The notes under the pieces were generated by a model that had not been told where the DNA came from, searched no databases, and saw nothing but the letters and a program-made list of their open reading frames with translations. Position numbers and translations under genes: made by a program. From the NCBI GenBank assembly GCA_051453625.1, contig JBOZIK010000001.1, forward strand, positions 18,084,970-18,124,012: a stretch of 39,043 bases of DNA, read 5' to 3'. Below are positions 35,901 to 39,043 of the stretch, piece by piece (position 1 is the stretch's first letter; each line of letters opens with the position of its first letter). The stretch comes from Welwitschia mirabilis. Taxonomy: Eukaryota.

Positions 35901-38558
35901 GTTTTATCAATTGGTAAATATTTGATTTGGACCTTATTTCTCTGAAAGAATATAATATTCTAAGATCATAGCCTTAGAAACAAATCCTTCTTTTTTTCTT
36001 TTCAATAAAGTATTAAATAGATTTTAGGATTTGAAAAACATTTATTTTTAATTTGTGATGTTTTTCTTTTTTTTTCTTTGGTGTTTTTATAATTTTGAAT
36101 TTGGTGTTTATTTCAAGTAATAAATTAATCTCTGGATGGTTAGGTCCTTACCTTATCTTTAAAAAAGTATATTCTAATGATTATGTTGAGATTTCTGATT
36201 TAACCACTAAAGAAATTCGGAATGTTAATGGACAAAAAGATTAAATATATATGAGAAATCTTTTGATATGAACATAATAGAAACACTAGCCTTAGATATT
36301 CCCCTTAATGAGAAGAGCTCCTTCCCTACTATTATTTGAATTTTCTCTTAGTTTATTCTTTTAAAATCCATTATGATATCATTTAATCATCTTTTAAACA
36401 TGACTTATGTATTTGTTTTATTTCCATAACTAGTCTTTAACTTGGGAATTTTAGAGTGGTAAGATTGAATTCATCCAATCTTAAGACATTCCCATATCTA
36501 TGAACTTCATTTTTAAGGAAGATGTTTTATTTTTGACTTTTTCCTTTTAATGATGAAAGGTCTTAGATTATTCATAGGTATTCTTGTCTATTTTTATCTT
36601 GTTACTTCACCTTCATCTTTCAGAGTATTTAATCATGTGAAAATTTTCTTTTGTGTTAAAAAAAAATTGAAATAAGACCATGATGTTTTATATTTGAGAT
36701 AGCTCAAAAACATGGTCACTATGATGTCCTACTACAAGTACACTGGGGTAAATTTTCTTGAGAGGGGCCTTTAATAGTGTAATTTGGCAGTTGTAAAAAC
36801 TCCACTAGGAGGCCAGTTGGTCATGCTTTATGAGTCCTTACTTCTCTGATTGTGGTTGCACTCCCTTCATCATGGATAGTTAGACAATAAAATAATTTTA
36901 AAAAACTTAGAAGATAAAGGATTAGTGGTATTCCTAGTATTATCAGAGGCATTGCTTATTTCCTAGACTCTTAGTCTTTTTATGTGATCATTTCATTTCT
37001 AAAGATTCAGGTATTTATTTTGAGATGTAAGTAGGTAAGTTCATTTTTGAGCAACTCTTTGATCTTATCACTTATTGTTTAAATCATTTAATTTTACCAT
37101 CATCATTACCACTACCTTATCGAATGAAATTTTTTACACATCAAGTCATGCATTTTAAAATTTAGTGATGTTGTGATTTCTTCCATGGAAGTCTGCTAGG
37201 TTAACATTCAGGGTAGGTAAGTTATCTTCTTTATGTTCCTAATGTTCTTTTTTTTTTCATTTTCTTTTGTTATTTATTCAGTTATTCCAAAATCATTTTC
37301 ATATTTTCTTATCATGTTAGGAACTTAACATTTAATGGTTTTCTTGCTTAGTTTTTAATAAGAGTTGCTTTTCTTGATTAGATAAGTTTCTTTGAAATTT
37401 TATGTTATTCATTTCTAGTCATTTGGATTTTTAAATACTATTCATAATCATTTTTTTAAAGGCACATTTTGTAGACACTCATGAATCTGCTTCATTCCAA
37501 ATAGCGCTTTTTCATATTTTTTAAAACTTTTCCTAAATCTTTATTTTTCAAATTTGACATTTTTCCATTTAGCTTTGCACTTACTTTCTCAACTATCAAA
37601 ATTTAACAACACCCATCATCCGTCTTTTTGTTTCTATCTAATTTCTTTTCTTCACTAACTAACATGGGATGTATTATTTTTCTTGAGGGAGAGCATGACT
37701 CATTTTCATGGCTAATTTTCATAATATTTTAAGTTATTTCTAAGATTTTATAAGAATAATTTCTTGTAAATTTCACTCCATACACATGATGCATTACATG
37801 TTATTTCGCTATGTGATATGTTTGAGATTATTTATGAGCCTATTTAATAAATTCTAAATTGATTTTTTTAAAGACAATTTGGCTCACAATTATAGTTGTT
37901 CATCTAGTTTTTATTAGGAACTAACAAAGGCTAAGTTAAAGGCTATGAGATACCACCAAATTGTATGTATTTGATGGCATGTTATGAGCTATTTTATAGG
38001 GTNNNNNNNNNNNNNNNNNNNNNNNNNNNNNNNNNNNNNNNNNNNNNNNNNNNNNNNNNNNNNNNNNNNNNNNNNNNNNNNNNNNNNNNNNNNNNNNNNN
38101 NNNNNNNNNNNNNNNNNNNNNNNNNNNNNNNNNNNNNNNNNNNNNNNNNNNNNNNNNNNNNNNNNNNNNNNNNNNNNNNNNNNNNNNNNNNNNNNNNNNN
38201 NNNNNNNNNNNNNNNNNNNNNNNNNNNNNNNNNNNNNNNNNNNNNNNNNNNNNNNNNNNNNNNNNNNNNNNNNNNNNNNNNNNNNNNNNNNNNNNNNNNN
38301 NNNNNNNNNNNNNNNNNNNNNNNNNNNNNNNNNNNNNNNNNNNNNNNNNNNNNNNNNNNNNNNNNNNNNNNNNNNNNNNNNNNNNNNNNNNNNNNNNNNN
38401 NNNNNNNNNNNNNNNNNNNNNNNNNNNNNNNNNNNNNNNNNNNNNNNNNNNNNNNNNNNNNNNNNNNNNNNNNNNNNNNNNNTACAGATAATTTAGCTTG
38501 CAATTATAGTTGTTCATCTAGTTTTATTAAGGACTAATAAAATCTAAGTGAGGGGCTG

Positions 38559-38986
38559 TGACACACTTCTAAATTTTATGTATTTGATGTGGTGTTATGA
38601 GCTATTTTGTAGGACATTCATACAGGTTTAGATGCAATTCTGAGGATTATGGAGGATTGACAAATGATCATAGAAAAATGTGTAATTCTTGGCATATTTA
38701 GAGGCATTTTAGGCATATTCTGATATACATGGCTTTGAAGGAAGATCACTAATGCAAAAGGAAGACTTTTATTGAGTTTAAAAAAACAAAGAGGACTATT
38801 GTCCTCTCTATCATCTCCACAATAGGCAGGATGATAGCATTGTAGATGTCACATGGAAATGTTAACATGGACTAGATCAGGTACTATTGAGTCATCTTTT
38901 CTAAAGGGTTGTCATTCCCATGGTCATTCATAGGACATGTAGAATGACGAATATAACATTTACACCATTGTTTCCTTAGTCGTTCC
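38559..38986 (+). repeat. Partial 3' LTR of a D-family element
   Basis: Aligns to 31486-~31910 (e.g. GTGTTATGAGCTATTTT...ATACAGGTTTAGATGCAATTCT); homology stops near 38986. Confidence 0.85.
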
Positions 38987-39043
38987 TATTGCGACACCAA
39001 CTTAAGTGTATTTGATAGGGTATTTTGATTTGTTTTGCAGATA

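Larger units (their letters stand above)
31486..39043 (+). mobile_element. Non-autonomous Athila-like LTR element (D), 3' LTR incomplete
   Basis: LTR 31486-32701 is homologous to 38559-~38986. An Asp-type PBS and an Athila PPT context (AAGGACTAATAAAATCTAAGTGAGGGGCTG|TGA) are present; no RT or INT motifs in the visible interior. Confidence 0.8.

Noticed and set aside
37936-38537. Long ORFs of 169-193 aa (also 34750-35178 and 5736-6042)
   Set aside because: Artefacts of translating through N runs.

Overview
Very AT-rich, strongly CpG-depleted plant-type heterochromatin with scaffold gaps. It consists almost entirely of old, nested, degenerate LTR retrotransposons, and no intact protein-coding or RNA gene is supportable. 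The reconstructed nesting is as follows. (1) A minus-strand Tekay/Del-like Ty3 element (3' end ~77-696; gag and PBS region 24371-~25730) is split at a perfect TACCT target-site duplication by (2) a plus-strand Sirevirus-like Ty1/copia element (702-24365) with gag and env-like ORFs and most of pol deleted. Its 5' LTR is split by (3) a ~15.9 kb minus-strand Athila-like element (LTRs 1504-2422 and 16411-17378). This in turn holds further Ty3 remnants: a full degenerate gag-pol at ~8830-14020, a gag-only remnant, an env-like ORF, and a 260-bp TTAA-flanked TIR insertion. To the right are an Athila pol plus env-like remnant (~26880-31485) and a non-autonomous Athila-like element (31486 to the window end). 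The most unusual signals are a ~55-bp tandem array in which every unit carries an LTR end plus a tRNA-Met primer-binding site, the TTAA-flanked mini-element, an LTR fused exactly to mid-gag, and homologous env-like ORFs in both copia and gypsy elements. All alignments and translations were done by eye; lineage names are motif-based inferences.
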